Part shown: positions 28,750 through 38,566 of the stretch, piece after piece
Position numbering within the stretch: the stretch's first letter is position 1
Layout of the letters: every line of letters begins with the position of its first letter
Source: an uncultured virus (IMG/VR IMGVR_UViG_3300042090_002752)
Taxonomy: Duplodnaviria; Heunggongvirae; Uroviricota; Caudoviricetes
Strand: one strand, 5' to 3'
Virus record (IMG/VR): IMGVR_UViG_3300042090_002752
Length of the DNA: 64,000 nt
Program-made: the position numbers and the translations under genes
Notes under the pieces: generated by a model
Told to the model about the DNA's origin: nothing
The model's input: only the letters and a program-made list of their open reading frames with translations
Database searches by the model: none

Positions 28750-28836
28750 GAGGTTGCCGGTGCGGTGAAGGAACTGATACAGGAAGGGAAGGTCCCGAAC
28801 TTCGGTCTCCCCGAAGCGCGCGCGAAGACACGCCGC
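28750..28836 (+). pseudogene. Aldo/keto reductase internal fragment
   Basis: EVAGAVKELIQEGKVPNFGLPEA matches the AKR motif (..GAVKELIQEGKV.HFGLSEA); the rest of the gene is absent. Confidence 0.65.
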
Positions 28837-29122
28837 TGGTTTCGCTGGCGCAACAGTGGAGATCGCGGAAGACAATCGATTTTGTCGCGATAAATCGCCC
28901 TCTGACCACCAACAGGGGGTGGATCCCGAACCGTCTTGCGGATCGATGAGTCCTGTTTAGTCGACCTGAGGCCAGGAACGGCAACTGGTCGTAAATTGTC
29001 CGAACCGTCGATGTGCTTCGGTCGGTACGAGCCAGAGGTGTTTGCCGGGAGTCGGCAGCCTGCCCACCGACTCCCGTAGCACCAAGGCCGATCACCCCGC
29101 TGGCAGTTCTACGTAATCGTGT

Positions 29123-30145
29123 TTAGCTCCGCGTCGCCTTTGTGAGCAAAGCAGGACGCAAGCACATCGGGAGCGGGTTGGACTGCGTATGCAGGTCCAT
29201 GCCGCGGTTGAACTTGCGCGGTTCCAGCTTGGCGTAGATCGGCAAGCCGACCGTGTTGACGGTCTCGTTGAAATCCGCGGGAGCGAACCAGGTGCGGAAA
29301 GTGGTCATCGTGCCCAGCGGGAAGAAGATGGCCGAACCCTCGGGCACGAAGACGTGATCGACGCCGTCACCGTCGCTCGCGTGGCCGAGATATTCCTCGA
29401 ACGTCACGCCCCCGAACCGGAAGTTGCGCCGGTTGTCGGTGTCGAGTGTCTGATTGGGCAGATCGGTGTGCTGGAAGAACTGGAATGCGGTGAGCACGTC
29501 CGGATGGCGCGTGAAGGCGTCAAACCAGTCGGGAGCGCACAGGCAATGCACCTCGCGCATCACCTCGCCCAACAGGTGCAGCTCCATGTAGCGCTTCACA
29601 TTGAGCACGGCGGTCTTGACGTCGAACGCGTTGCTCGAGAACTGGAAGTTCACGACGTTCTGCGTGAGGCCGAACTCCTGAAACAGGTCGTAGATGATCG
29701 AGCCATCTGCGTCGAGGATTTGGCCGCGCAGTGCGCCCATGCGGAGATTCTCGAGCGTGATGTCGTGCTTGCGGCGCGCCGTCTCGAGACGCTCAGCGAC
29801 GAGCGTCTCCAGTGCCTCCAGCTCGTTTTCCGAGCCGAAGGCGCGCAGGCCTTGCGTTTCCTCGGGCAGGACCGCATCCTCGTGCGGGATGTGCGGGATC
29901 ACGAACGAGCGCACCTTGCGGCGCGACTTGATTGCTTCCGTACCTGGGGCGCCGACCGGCCGCGTGGGCAGCAGGTTCAGGACGCCATCCTTCTCGTCCA
30001 CGATCACGGTGCGGGTGCGGACTCCCTTTTCCGTGAACAGGCCGAGTTCGTTGGTCTTGCCGTACATGTTCGGGATGACGTTGATTGCATCGGTGAGCGC
30101 AACCAGCGAAAAACCGTCCGTAGTAAATGGATTGATCATCGGCAT
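29123..30145 (-). CDS. Major capsid protein (lambda gpE family)
   Basis: FSLVALTDAIN.IPN, FVIPHIPH.D and LHTQSNPLPMC.RP motifs. Confidence 0.95.
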   Translation of the reverse strand: MPMINPFTTDGFSLVALTDAINVIPNMYGKTNELGLFTEKGVRTRTVIVDEKDGVLNLLPTRPVGAPGTEAIKSRRKVRSFVIPHIPHEDAVLPEETQGLRAFGSENELEALETLVAERLETARRKHDITLENLRMGALRGQILDADGSIIYDLFQEFGLTQNVVNFQFSSNAFDVKTAVLNVKRYMELHLLGEVMREVHCLCAPDWFDAFTRHPDVLTAFQFFQHTDLPNQTLDTDNRRNFRFGGVTFEEYLGHASDGDGVDHVFVPEGSAIFFPLGTMTTFRTWFAPADFNETVNTVGLPIYAKLEPRKFNRGMDLHTQSNPLPMCLRPALLTKATRS

Positions 30146-30182
30146 AGTGTGTTTTCTTCTTTCTGGATCGCGGCGACGAGTG

Positions 30183-30860
30183 TTACGCGCCCTGCCGGAC
30201 CTGGATTCCTTTCGCGCCGAGTTGCGCTACGGCGGCATCCTGTTGCGCCTGCGTGATTCCCGCCGGCCAAGTCAGGCCGTACGAGGACAAAACCGCCTCG
30301 CGGGCAATCATCGTGGTCTTTACCGCTCCGGCAGTGGCGTCGGTCGTGAACAGCAGAATGCCCGCGGCGTTCTGCGATCCGTCCGAGGCACCCAAGTTCA
30401 GCGGCACCACAGTGGCCGGAGAAATCGGTCCCACCTCGATCGAAAACAGGTCGCCGACCACGAAGTCCGGAGCGCCGTCCGCGATCGTGAACTTGATCTG
30501 GGTCGCGAACGCAACACCGCCCACGGTCACCGTTCCAAGCACAGCGCCATTAGGAGCAGTCACCTGGAAAGTGCCGGCACCAGCCACAGCAACGGTGCAC
30601 GTCGCGGTGTAAACACCCGGCAGCACGCCAGCCAGAAGAGGCGTCGTCGCGTCCAAGGTCAGGACGCCCATGCCTGTGTTCCTGCCACCCGGAGCGACCG
30701 TGACCAGGTCTGCGCCGGCCGTCTTCTGACCCAGCACCGTGCCGGTCAGAATGTTCGCCTGGCCCGCGGCGAGCACGACCGCATCGCGGCTGAAGCGATG
30801 ATCCACGTGCTCGAACTTGAGCCAGTCGCCCTGATTGAACGATTGAACTTGAACGGCCAT
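30183..30860 (-). CDS. Head decoration protein (gpD/HDPD-like) with an internal insertion
   Basis: GDWLKFE...FSRD....GTVLG at the N-terminus and DGSQNAAGIL...ARE....LTWPAGI...QL...GI at the C-terminus. Confidence 0.85.
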   Translation of the reverse strand: MAVQVQSFNQGDWLKFEHVDHRFSRDAVVLAAGQANILTGTVLGQKTAGADLVTVAPGGRNTGMGVLTLDATTPLLAGVLPGVYTATCTVAVAGAGTFQVTAPNGAVLGTVTVGGVAFATQIKFTIADGAPDFVVGDLFSIEVGPISPATVVPLNLGASDGSQNAAGILLFTTDATAGAVKTTMIAREAVLSSYGLTWPAGITQAQQDAAVAQLGAKGIQVRQGA

Positions 30861-30863
30861 CGG

Positions 30864-32426
30864 TTACGCCCTCCCCTTCTGCGCCAGCATGCGCGCGGCC
30901 ATCGCCTTGCACTTCTTGACCACGCCAGTCTCCGCGGCCGGAACGTGGATCTGCGTGCCCGTGTCTGCGTTGATGGCCTGGTCGATCTCACCCTGGTCAC
31001 CACCGGCCCGGGCGGCCATCAGCTTCTCCCGCGCCTGCGCAGGCGTAAGCCCGGCCTTGATGAATTGCGCGGTCATACCGGGCATGCCCGCCAGGATGCA
31101 GAGATCCGCGATCTCCGCGGCCACCGCCATGCCGGCTTGCGCGGATCCGGGCGCTGGATCCGCCGGCGTCGGCTGCGGCGCCTCGGCCTCGGCCCGGCGA
31201 CCTTTCTTGCCGCCGCGCGGCTTGCCGTCCTTGCCCCCAGGCTTGCCCTTGCCCTTCTCGTCGTCATCTTTGGCGTCGTCATCGTCGTCGCCCTTGGCGT
31301 CGATCTCGTCGTCGTCATCATCACCGTCGTCGGCGTCGGCATTGCTGCCCTTGGCGCCCTTCGGCTCGTCGTCATCCTCGACCGGCTTCTTCCCGGCTGC
31401 GGGCGATGGTTTTGCGCCCGCCACTTTCGGTCTGGTCATCGTGTCTCCCTTCATCGAACTCGGAGCGGACGCTCCCGCTTCCGAAACCTGTGCCATTTCG
31501 AGTTGGGTTGCCAATTGGCCCGCGCTCTTCAAATCCCCCGGCTCGCGTGCTGCCTGCCGGGTAATCGCTTCGGCCAGCGCCGCGCAGGCGGCCTCAGTGG
31601 TCCCCACCTCATCCGCCAAACCAGCCGTAATCGCCTGGTCGGCGAAGAACACGCCAGCCTCAGTCCCCTTGACCGCCTTGAGCGTCATCCCACGGTTGCG
31701 CGCCACCGCCTGGGTGAGCATCCCGTAGCAACGCCGCCCCTCCGCCTCAAGCACGGCGCGTGCGCCATCGCTCAGCGGCTCGTGCGGATTGCCATCGATC
31801 TTGCGCTCCCCGAAGTAGATGTATTCGTAGCGGAAGCCCTGCTTCTTGTCGTAATCGGACTGATCGGCGTGGCACATCACGATGCCCACCGATCCGGCCG
31901 CGCCGGTGCGCGTGATGAAGATCCTGTCGGCCGCGCTGGCAATCGCATACGCCGCCGAGCAGGCCTGCTCACAGATCGAGGCGAAGATCGGCTTCTGGCC
32001 GCGGGCCGCATAGAATTCGTCGACGATGTCGAACAAGCCGGCCACCTCGCCGCCCGGCGAATCGCAGCACAACAACAACCCGCGCACCTCGGTGTCGGCC
32101 AGCGCCATGGACAGCTCTCTGTTCAGCCATTCGTAGCTGGTCATGCCGCTCCACGGACGCAGCCCGAACGACTTCCGCACCAGGCTTCCGCTGACATCGA
32201 GGAGCGCGACGCCATCTGGCGTTACCGTGTACGGCTTCCGATCGCTCTTGTCCTGATCGATCTCGAGCGCGGCATCCACATCCCCGCCGAGGCGCGGCAG
32301 GACGACGTTGCGGACAATGATGTCCAACTTGTCGCGGCCGATGGCGAGCGGCTGGTTGAAGACCCGGAGAGCAATGCCCGTCAAGCCAGACATCCCTCCG
32401 TTGTCGATCGCGTTCCCGCGCGTCAC
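30864..32426 (-). CDS. S49 family capsid maturation protease with C-terminal scaffold
   Basis: DSPGGEV, ACSAAYAIASAAD, GSVG and K.DGNPHEPLS motifs; acidic linker then scaffold region. Confidence 0.93.
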   Translation of the reverse strand: MTRGNAIDNGGMSGLTGIALRVFNQPLAIGRDKLDIIVRNVVLPRLGGDVDAALEIDQDKSDRKPYTVTPDGVALLDVSGSLVRKSFGLRPWSGMTSYEWLNRELSMALADTEVRGLLLCCDSPGGEVAGLFDIVDEFYAARGQKPIFASICEQACSAAYAIASAADRIFITRTGAAGSVGIVMCHADQSDYDKKQGFRYEYIYFGERKIDGNPHEPLSDGARAVLEAEGRRCYGMLTQAVARNRGMTLKAVKGTEAGVFFADQAITAGLADEVGTTEAACAALAEAITRQAAREPGDLKSAGQLATQLEMAQVSEAGASAPSSMKGDTMTRPKVAGAKPSPAAGKKPVEDDDEPKGAKGSNADADDGDDDDDEIDAKGDDDDDAKDDDEKGKGKPGGKDGKPRGGKKGRRAEAEAPQPTPADPAPGSAQAGMAVAAEIADLCILAGMPGMTAQFIKAGLTPAQAREKLMAARAGGDQGEIDQAINADTGTQIHVPAAETGVVKKCKAMAARMLAQKGRA

Positions 32427-34087
32427 GCCGCCCTCCGGTCCAGCTCCAGGCTCACGATCTCCTCGAGCACCGCATAGAGCCCGGCCGGCGTAGCGAGCGC
32501 GAGCCGTTGCTCCGGCTTCGCGCCGCGCACGCCCTTCTTCTGCGGCACCAGACTGGTCGGACTCTCACCCGTGGGGAAGCCGGCCGAAGTGCGATCACGG
32601 GCATTGGAGTCGTACACCAGACCGGCTTCGTCGGCGCGCTCCTGGTCGCGGGCATTTTCGTTGTCGATCTCCTCCACATCGAAACCCTGCGCACTGGCCG
32701 CCGTGTCACGGGAGCCCAGGCCGCCGCGGATCGCCGCCAGTGTCGCGCCGATCTCTTTGGCCGGATCCACCCACTGCCGCACGGGTGGAACCCACTTCAC
32801 GCTCGTGAATGCCAGCGGGTCTTTTGCGTAATCGGAGTAATCGAGCTCGCCGGAGATCAGAGCCGTGCGAATCCAGGCATCCCAGACCGGCCGGCAGAAG
32901 CGGAAGATGATGACCTGGTGCTGGAACTGCTCGCAACGGCGCCAGAACTCAATCAGGCCCGCGCGGATGCTCGAATAGTTCACGCCGGTCAAGTCACCGG
33001 TCAGTTGCTCGTAAGTGACGCCGAGACCCGCCGCGATCGAGCGCAGGTAGATCCGCATGAACTCGGGCAGCGAATTGAACTGGGGCGGATTCGCAAATTC
33101 AACATCTTCGTTCAAACGCAAATACTGCGTCGTGCCCGGCTCCATCACAGCATTGCCCACACCGGGCGGCGGCGCCGCGGCTTCACCTGGCGTGCCAGGT
33201 ACCTCGCCAAACACGCCCTGGCCCGTCATCTGCTTCACAAAGGCCACGAACATCGCCGCAACCTTTTGTTTCACCAGCTCCGCGTCTTCGAACTGGTTCA
33301 ATTCGTGGATTCGCAGCAACACCGGCGCCAGCCACGGCACGCCGCGGAGTTGCCCTGCGCGCAACGATTGAAAGACATGGCAAACGTTCTGGCTGGCAAC
33401 GCGCAGCAACACCCCGGCGTTGCTGGGCCAGATGATGGTGTCGCCGGGGTGCTGCTTCAAGAACCAGAAACCGGTCGGCGCATGCTCCTTATTTAACTCG
33501 ACGCCGGCGCGCACCCGGTTCCCATTCGAGCGATCGACGTTGTACCAAGCCGGGAGCAATTCCGATTCGAGCAACTGGAGTTGTAGCGGAACGCGCAGGC
33601 CACTATCCTTGCGGCGCGGGCGCAAGCGGGCAAAGCACTCGCCGCCCTCGATCACCTCGCGGCACAACAGTGTTTGAAGCCCGTAGAAGTCGCAGGCGTT
33701 GTGGGCATCGCACTGGTCCGTCCAACGCAACCAGGCGTTCTGGATCCGCTGTTTGATCCGTTTATCCGGGTGCATCGACTGGGGCTTGATGCCAGTACCG
33801 ATCGCGTTGGCCGCGAACGAGGCAATGCCGTTGTTAGCCCACGGATCGTTGCGCGAGGTATAGCGCGACCGGGAGCGCAGCGTCTCGATGGTCTGAATGC
33901 CGACTGTGTTCGGGCCAGCATTGCCCGGGTTCCAGCCATACATGCGCCGTCCCCAGCCGGAAGCGTCGTAGTAGGGCATGGCACTGCCGCCAGTGCTCCC
34001 GTACGCGGCGGCCCGCGCGGGCACAGAGGCCGCGGACACACTGGGCGCGGGACGATACACGTCGGTGAACAGTTCGGCTTTGGCCAT
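32423..34087 (-). CDS. Portal protein, lambda family
   Basis: LRSRSR...RND, GECF.R, GQLRGVPWLAP, LTGD...VNYSSIRAG and WVDP.KE motifs. Confidence 0.95.
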   Translation of the reverse strand: MAKAELFTDVYRPAPSVSAASVPARAAAYGSTGGSAMPYYDASGWGRRMYGWNPGNAGPNTVGIQTIETLRSRSRYTSRNDPWANNGIASFAANAIGTGIKPQSMHPDKRIKQRIQNAWLRWTDQCDAHNACDFYGLQTLLCREVIEGGECFARLRPRRKDSGLRVPLQLQLLESELLPAWYNVDRSNGNRVRAGVELNKEHAPTGFWFLKQHPGDTIIWPSNAGVLLRVASQNVCHVFQSLRAGQLRGVPWLAPVLLRIHELNQFEDAELVKQKVAAMFVAFVKQMTGQGVFGEVPGTPGEAAAPPPGVGNAVMEPGTTQYLRLNEDVEFANPPQFNSLPEFMRIYLRSIAAGLGVTYEQLTGDLTGVNYSSIRAGLIEFWRRCEQFQHQVIIFRFCRPVWDAWIRTALISGELDYSDYAKDPLAFTSVKWVPPVRQWVDPAKEIGATLAAIRGGLGSRDTAASAQGFDVEEIDNENARDQERADEAGLVYDSNARDRTSAGFPTGESPTSLVPQKKGVRGAKPEQRLALATPAGLYAVLEEIVSLELDRRAA

Positions 34088-34108
34088 GATGGAGGACTAC
34101 GCGGTAAA

Positions 34109-34501
34109 TCAGAACGCGGAAGGAAGGTTCTGGACGGTCAGGGAGAACAGCGGTTCGTGCTCGCGACGCACTTTGGCAATCGCCTCTTTCAGCACGGCGA
34201 CAGGATCGTTCCTGCCAGCGATTTGCCTGGCGAAGTGCATCACCGCGCCGTGCATCGCGTTCATCTGAGCAACGCTCGCCTCCATCTGCGACAGGTCGAC
34301 ATCAGAGAGTGGCGCTTCGATACCCTGCACGAAAGCCCACAGCGCAAAGTCGCGTAGGCACAGCCAACTCACCAGCAACGCCTCGAGCGCAACCTGTGGT
34401 GTGATTTGCGCGGTGCGCGTGCGCATCGCATCCGCCGTCGGCTGGGGCGGCTGTTCCACCGGCTTCTTCTCCCGGTTCTTTTCTGCCTGTCTTGTGGCCA
34501 T
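34109..34501 (-). CDS. Hypothetical protein
   Basis: Operon-embedded ORF with GGGAG RBS. Confidence 0.6.
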   Translation of the reverse strand: MATRQAEKNREKKPVEQPPQPTADAMRTRTAQITPQVALEALLVSWLCLRDFALWAFVQGIEAPLSDVDLSQMEASVAQMNAMHGAVMHFARQIAGRNDPVAVLKEAIAKVRREHEPLFSLTVQNLPSAF

Positions 34502-34503
34502 CG

Positions 34504-34704
34504 TCAAACTCCCTTTTTCGTGTTGAACCGCACCTGGCGGATCGGTGGTTGCTGCGCGGCCAACTCCGCCTGGATCTCTGCACGAATGCGCAGCAGTTCG
34601 GAGAGCGTGCGTTTCCGCACCCGGTTGTCGCCATATTGCTGCTCTGCGGCGCCGCTGCCGATCTCCTTCTTGATCCGGTCGAGATCCTGCTGGGTGTAGG
34701 CCAT
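34504..34704 (-). CDS. gpW-like head-tail joining protein
   Basis: MAYTQQDLDRI...I.SG....Y...V..R.L.EL; lies between terminase and portal. Confidence 0.85.
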   Translation of the reverse strand: MAYTQQDLDRIKKEIGSGAAEQQYGDNRVRKRTLSELLRIRAEIQAELAAQQPPIRQVRFNTKKGV

Positions 34705-34707
34705 CGC

Positions 34708-36639
34708 TTAACTCATCCAGCTCGGCCGCGCCACGCGGCTCTCTTCCTTATGGCCTGGCTGCCCGGCCGGAACAACCGTGGGCGCGGCAGAATCCTTGCG
34801 CTGCTGATCGAGCGCCGCCCAGGCCGCATCGCTCAGACGCGAGCCCCCGCACAACTCGTACATCGTCCGGTTGCCCACTGCGGTATCGAGCGGCTCGTTG
34901 CGGCCGTTTACGTGCCACTCGATCGCGCCCGACCCCGCGACGACCCTGGTCTCGGCCGTGAGTCCCTGGAAATACGATTCGTCGTAAGCGCTGGGGTGAT
35001 GTGAGTAGCCCTGCGGGAAGGGTTGCTCGTCGAGCGGCTTGTCCTTCCCCAGCGAGTCATAAACGATCTGCTTTACGCAGTGCGTCCCGATCGTGACGAT
35101 CCGCAGGCCGCCGCGGACTTTCGCCGCGTCGATTGTCGAGATGGCCTCGATAATCTTGAAGGCGTTGTGGCCGCCCTTGGTCGGTACGACCGTCCGGAAG
35201 GAAGGCACCAGTGCGCCGGCCGGGCCGTAGGCGGGCTGCGCCCACTGCCGGCAGAACGAGTAAACCGTGTCCGCCATGTAACCCGAGTCCACGCCGCAGA
35301 CCCAGATCGGCAGCGTGCCGCCATCGACATGCCGCCAATCCGCCATGATTAATTCTGCCAGGCGCTCCCATGGCTCCGGATCCGCCGGTGTGCAGCGCAC
35401 CGGGCGCCCACCCGGGCCCGACCGTTCGGGCGCGATCACCTCATACCAGATCGACCAGTTCTCACCCTTCTTGCCCCAGGCCTTCACCTCAACCTCGAGC
35501 CGCGGCGGGTTCTCCTGAACATCCACGAAGGCCGTCAGGAAGTAGGCGCCGCGCGGCACTTTGCCGTACGGGTAATCCTCCCGCCGGTCGTACAGCCGCT
35601 TCCAACTCGGCGCCGTGCCCTGGACGGTCCAGACTTCCGCCAGGCTCGTGTTTACGAACACCTTCAGGCGCTCGGGATTGTCCTTCGCCTTCAGGAAGTC
35701 GGAAACCAGCTCGCGCAGGGTCTTGAACGGCGAGTAAAGCTCGCTGATCCAGAAACCCGCCGCGCCATTGAACGCTTGATGCGCGCGCCACTCGCCCCGC
35801 TCTACTGCAACCCAGCGCTGGACGTCGTTCCACAGTGCTCCGCAGTGCTCGCAGGCATAGGCCGCCGTTTCCGCACGCTTCTTGAGATCATCGCCCTTCT
35901 TCTCAAAGCGGACATTGCGCCAGGCAAGAATCTGACGCTTGCCGCACAGCGGGCACGGCACCCAGAACTTCCGCTGGTCCGTCTCCGCATAGGCCGCCGT
36001 GATCTGTGACTCGCCCGCGATAGTCGGCGAGCAGGTTTGAATCCGCTTCCGGCGGCTGCGGTACGTGGCAGTTCGCTTGTTGGCGACGTCGATCGGGTTG
36101 CCCTCCGACCCCGACGACAGCGGGTACTTATCGACCTCGTCGCAGAACAGATAGCGGATGGCGTACGACGCGAGGTTACCCGGCGAGCCAGCCGCGGTCA
36201 GGATCAGCGGCCCGCCCGGAAAATCTTTCGTGTCAATCGTCGTTGACGAGTTGCGCGCCTTGGGATCCGAGACCAGCCCTCGCAAGGCCGGCATCTCGCG
36301 CAGCATCGGCGCCAGCCGGAACTTCGAAAACTTGCTGACATCGGAATCGCGCGGCTGCACCACCATGATCGGATCCGGATCCCGCGCGATCACGTAGGCG
36401 ATCCCGACCAGGATCACCATCGTTTTCAGCATCTGCGTGGCTGCCATGATCACGATCTCGTTAACAAATGGGTCGCCGATCGCATTGATCGGCTCCACCT
36501 GGTAGGCATTGGGGACGAAGCGCCCCTTCTTCGCGCCGGTGGTCACGATGAAGTTGTCGCGGGCCCACTCACAAACCGTCTGGCGGGGCGGTGGCGCCCA
36601 GAGCTTGGACACCTCGGCGATAGCGCCTTCTACCGTCAT
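34708..36639 (-). CDS. Terminase large subunit (GpA family)
   Basis: Walker A-like TQMLKT, LFCDEVDKYP, SPT, WVPCPLCG, FVNTSLAE, DVQ, VDSGY and RNEPLD motifs. Confidence 0.95.
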   Translation of the reverse strand: MTVEGAIAEVSKLWAPPPRQTVCEWARDNFIVTTGAKKGRFVPNAYQVEPINAIGDPFVNEIVIMAATQMLKTMVILVGIAYVIARDPDPIMVVQPRDSDVSKFSKFRLAPMLREMPALRGLVSDPKARNSSTTIDTKDFPGGPLILTAAGSPGNLASYAIRYLFCDEVDKYPLSSGSEGNPIDVANKRTATYRSRRKRIQTCSPTIAGESQITAAYAETDQRKFWVPCPLCGKRQILAWRNVRFEKKGDDLKKRAETAAYACEHCGALWNDVQRWVAVERGEWRAHQAFNGAAGFWISELYSPFKTLRELVSDFLKAKDNPERLKVFVNTSLAEVWTVQGTAPSWKRLYDRREDYPYGKVPRGAYFLTAFVDVQENPPRLEVEVKAWGKKGENWSIWYEVIAPERSGPGGRPVRCTPADPEPWERLAELIMADWRHVDGGTLPIWVCGVDSGYMADTVYSFCRQWAQPAYGPAGALVPSFRTVVPTKGGHNAFKIIEAISTIDAAKVRGGLRIVTIGTHCVKQIVYDSLGKDKPLDEQPFPQGYSHHPSAYDESYFQGLTAETRVVAGSGAIEWHVNGRNEPLDTAVGNRTMYELCGGSRLSDAAWAALDQQRKDSAAPTVVPAGQPGHKEESRVARPSWMS

Positions 36640-37199
36640 GCCTCGGGCTTATACCTCGCGAGTTCGTTCAACACTTCGTGGACCTTGTCCTCGACGATCT
36701 TCTTGCAGCGGATTGGATCGCTCTCGTAGGCGAGTTCCTCCGCCACCTCGTCGCCCATCTGCAGCAGCCGCGACTTCGCGTTCAGCACCAGCGCCGCCCA
36801 GGAAGCCCGCACCTCAGTGGCCTGGACCAGCGCGCCTTCCTTCTCGCGCAGCGCAACCTGGCGCAGCTTAAGCCGGACGACCATGTCACGAAGCTCAAGA
36901 TCAAACTTCGTGAGGCCGCCCAACTTCGAGGGCCCCGCCGCGCCGGCAAAATCCTCTTCCGGGACGTGACGCGCCGCGGGCGCCGGTACCGGTCGGCGAA
37001 CCGCCTGCTCCGGGACCGCCCGATCCGCCACGGAGCCCATGCGCCGGGCGCGCTGCAGCGGATCCGCGTTGCGCGCCCAGTCGAGCCGGATCTGGTCGAG
37101 CGACTTGCTTGGATCGATGCGGCCATTTTTGACCGCCCGATTCACGATCGTGTGGCTGACGCCAAGCGCTTCGGCGATTGCGCGATTACTGAGCGCCAT
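36636..37199 (-). CDS. Terminase small subunit (Nu1-like)
   Basis: N-terminal HTH (SNRAIAEALGVSHTIVNRAVKNGRI); coiled coil with G.LV...V; overlaps the large subunit start. Confidence 0.8.
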   Translation of the reverse strand: MALSNRAIAEALGVSHTIVNRAVKNGRIDPSKSLDQIRLDWARNADPLQRARRMGSVADRAVPEQAVRRPVPAPAARHVPEEDFAGAAGPSKLGGLTKFDLELRDMVVRLKLRQVALREKEGALVQATEVRASWAALVLNAKSRLLQMGDEVAEELAYESDPIRCKKIVEDKVHEVLNELARYKPEA

Positions 37200-37206
37200 A
37201 AATCAG

Positions 37207-37310
37207 GTGGAAACAGTGGAAACGGGTGGAAACTCCGGATTTCCAGCCGTGGCTGGCCGTCTTCCGCGCGGCTCGGCACCGGCATGAAAACAAAGGACTT
37301 ATCAGTACCT
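37207..37310. promoter_or_regulatory. Putative cos/packaging region with three GTGGAAAC direct repeats
   Basis: GTGGAAAC at 37207, 37216 and 37226, immediately upstream of the small terminase. Confidence 0.5.
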
Positions 37311-37392
37311 TTTTGCCTCCTAGCGGCGATCCAAAGCCCCTCTTTTGTGTCTCTCTTACCACGGCTCGATCAGTCGAGCCCGCATGCCCAAT

Positions 37393-38040
37393 TCACCGTG
37401 CCGTCGCTAAGGCCTGCTCCGCTGCATCGCGGAACGCTGCGGCGAAACCCGTCTCGACCGTCCTCTCCACCGTCTCTCGCATGCCGAAGCTCGGCTTCAC
37501 ATCCACTGCCTTCTCGAGCAGCATCACCACGGAGAAGCCAGGATGGCCGTCAATGCGCGTGCCATCACGGTCGCGGTAGTCATCCTTGCCCGTCTTGAAG
37601 CGATGCCCCAGGAACCACTCCCCGCTCGAGCGGAACTGGTTAATGAAGTAACAGCTGCCATGCTGCGCGAGCAGTGCGGTGACCGATGGCGGAACCCTCA
37701 CGCCATCGATGATCGCCGCCCGGATCCGCTCCCACTTGTTGCCCGTGGCTTGCTTCCGGCCGCCCTCTTCCTGGTAGGCCATGAACCAGTCCACGTCGTA
37801 GACGGTGGCGGTCGGGTTCACCTTCGTCGCGGGGTCCATCCGGACGCCCTGCATCAGGAACGCCAGCGAGCCGCTGCGGTTGCGATACTTAGTCGCGATC
37901 TCCGCGGTAACGTCCTTCTTCGCCGCCTGAGCGATCCTGTTCAACGCCAGGCTCAGAGCGAAGGGAAGTTGATCCACACGGACCGCGTCGAGCGCGCCGA
38001 CCGCGGCCTGGATGTCAGCTTCAACTTGGAGCTCAAGCAT
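37393..38040 (-). CDS. Phage protein, minor tail Z-like
   Basis: QLPFALSLALNRIA...; C-terminal FAAAF..A..QALATAR. Confidence 0.65.
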   Translation of the reverse strand: MLELQVEADIQAAVGALDAVRVDQLPFALSLALNRIAQAAKKDVTAEIATKYRNRSGSLAFLMQGVRMDPATKVNPTATVYDVDWFMAYQEEGGRKQATGNKWERIRAAIIDGVRVPPSVTALLAQHGSCYFINQFRSSGEWFLGHRFKTGKDDYRDRDGTRIDGHPGFSVVMLLEKAVDVKPSFGMRETVERTVETGFAAAFRDAAEQALATAR

Positions 38041-38135
38041 TGAGGCCTGATCCACATCGATTTAAGCGTGACGATACTGTGTCAGGCATGGGTCCGGACT
38101 GAGATGAGATCTTTGCCATTGAAGGCATCCTAAGG

Positions 38136-38345
38136 TTGCCAAACCCACGGCCGACGCGCTCGCCGCGCGAGTTCAGCAAGAAGACGATCGTGCTCGACCT
38201 GCTTAAGTGCGCCGGTGGCGCCACATTCCAGGAGCATATGTCCACCATGCAATGGCAAGCCAACAGCGCCTGCCGATTCATCTCCGGCAGCCTGGGGATG
38301 AAGATAGGCATCAACATCGACTCCTTTAAGTCCGAGAGTGGCTAG
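38136..38345 (+). pseudogene. Degenerate DUF3489 remnant
   Basis: PREFSKKTIVLDLLKCAGGATFQEHMSTMQWQANSACRFISG aligns to the C-terminus of 3066..3725. Confidence 0.7.
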
Positions 38346-38566
38346 CGCACTCACTGTGTTGCCCAGCAGTCCTACCTGCCTCTGACCGCCCGCGGACGCA
38401 ACCGACCGGCCGCTATCTCTCAGTGGCGGAATTTCGGTACACCGTCACCAAAGTTGTTGGGCGCTGCCCAGCATCTGCAATCGATTTGGATCATGGCGTC
38501 CAAACCTGGGATCAGGACTAGTGAATCAAGTGTGAAGGAGTCGACAATGTGGAAGCTAGACGCGAT

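Noticed and set aside
29046..29076. Hairpin cgggagtcgg/ccgactcccg after the capsid gene as a terminator
   Set aside because: The stem is real but has no clear U-tract on either strand, so its function is unsupported.
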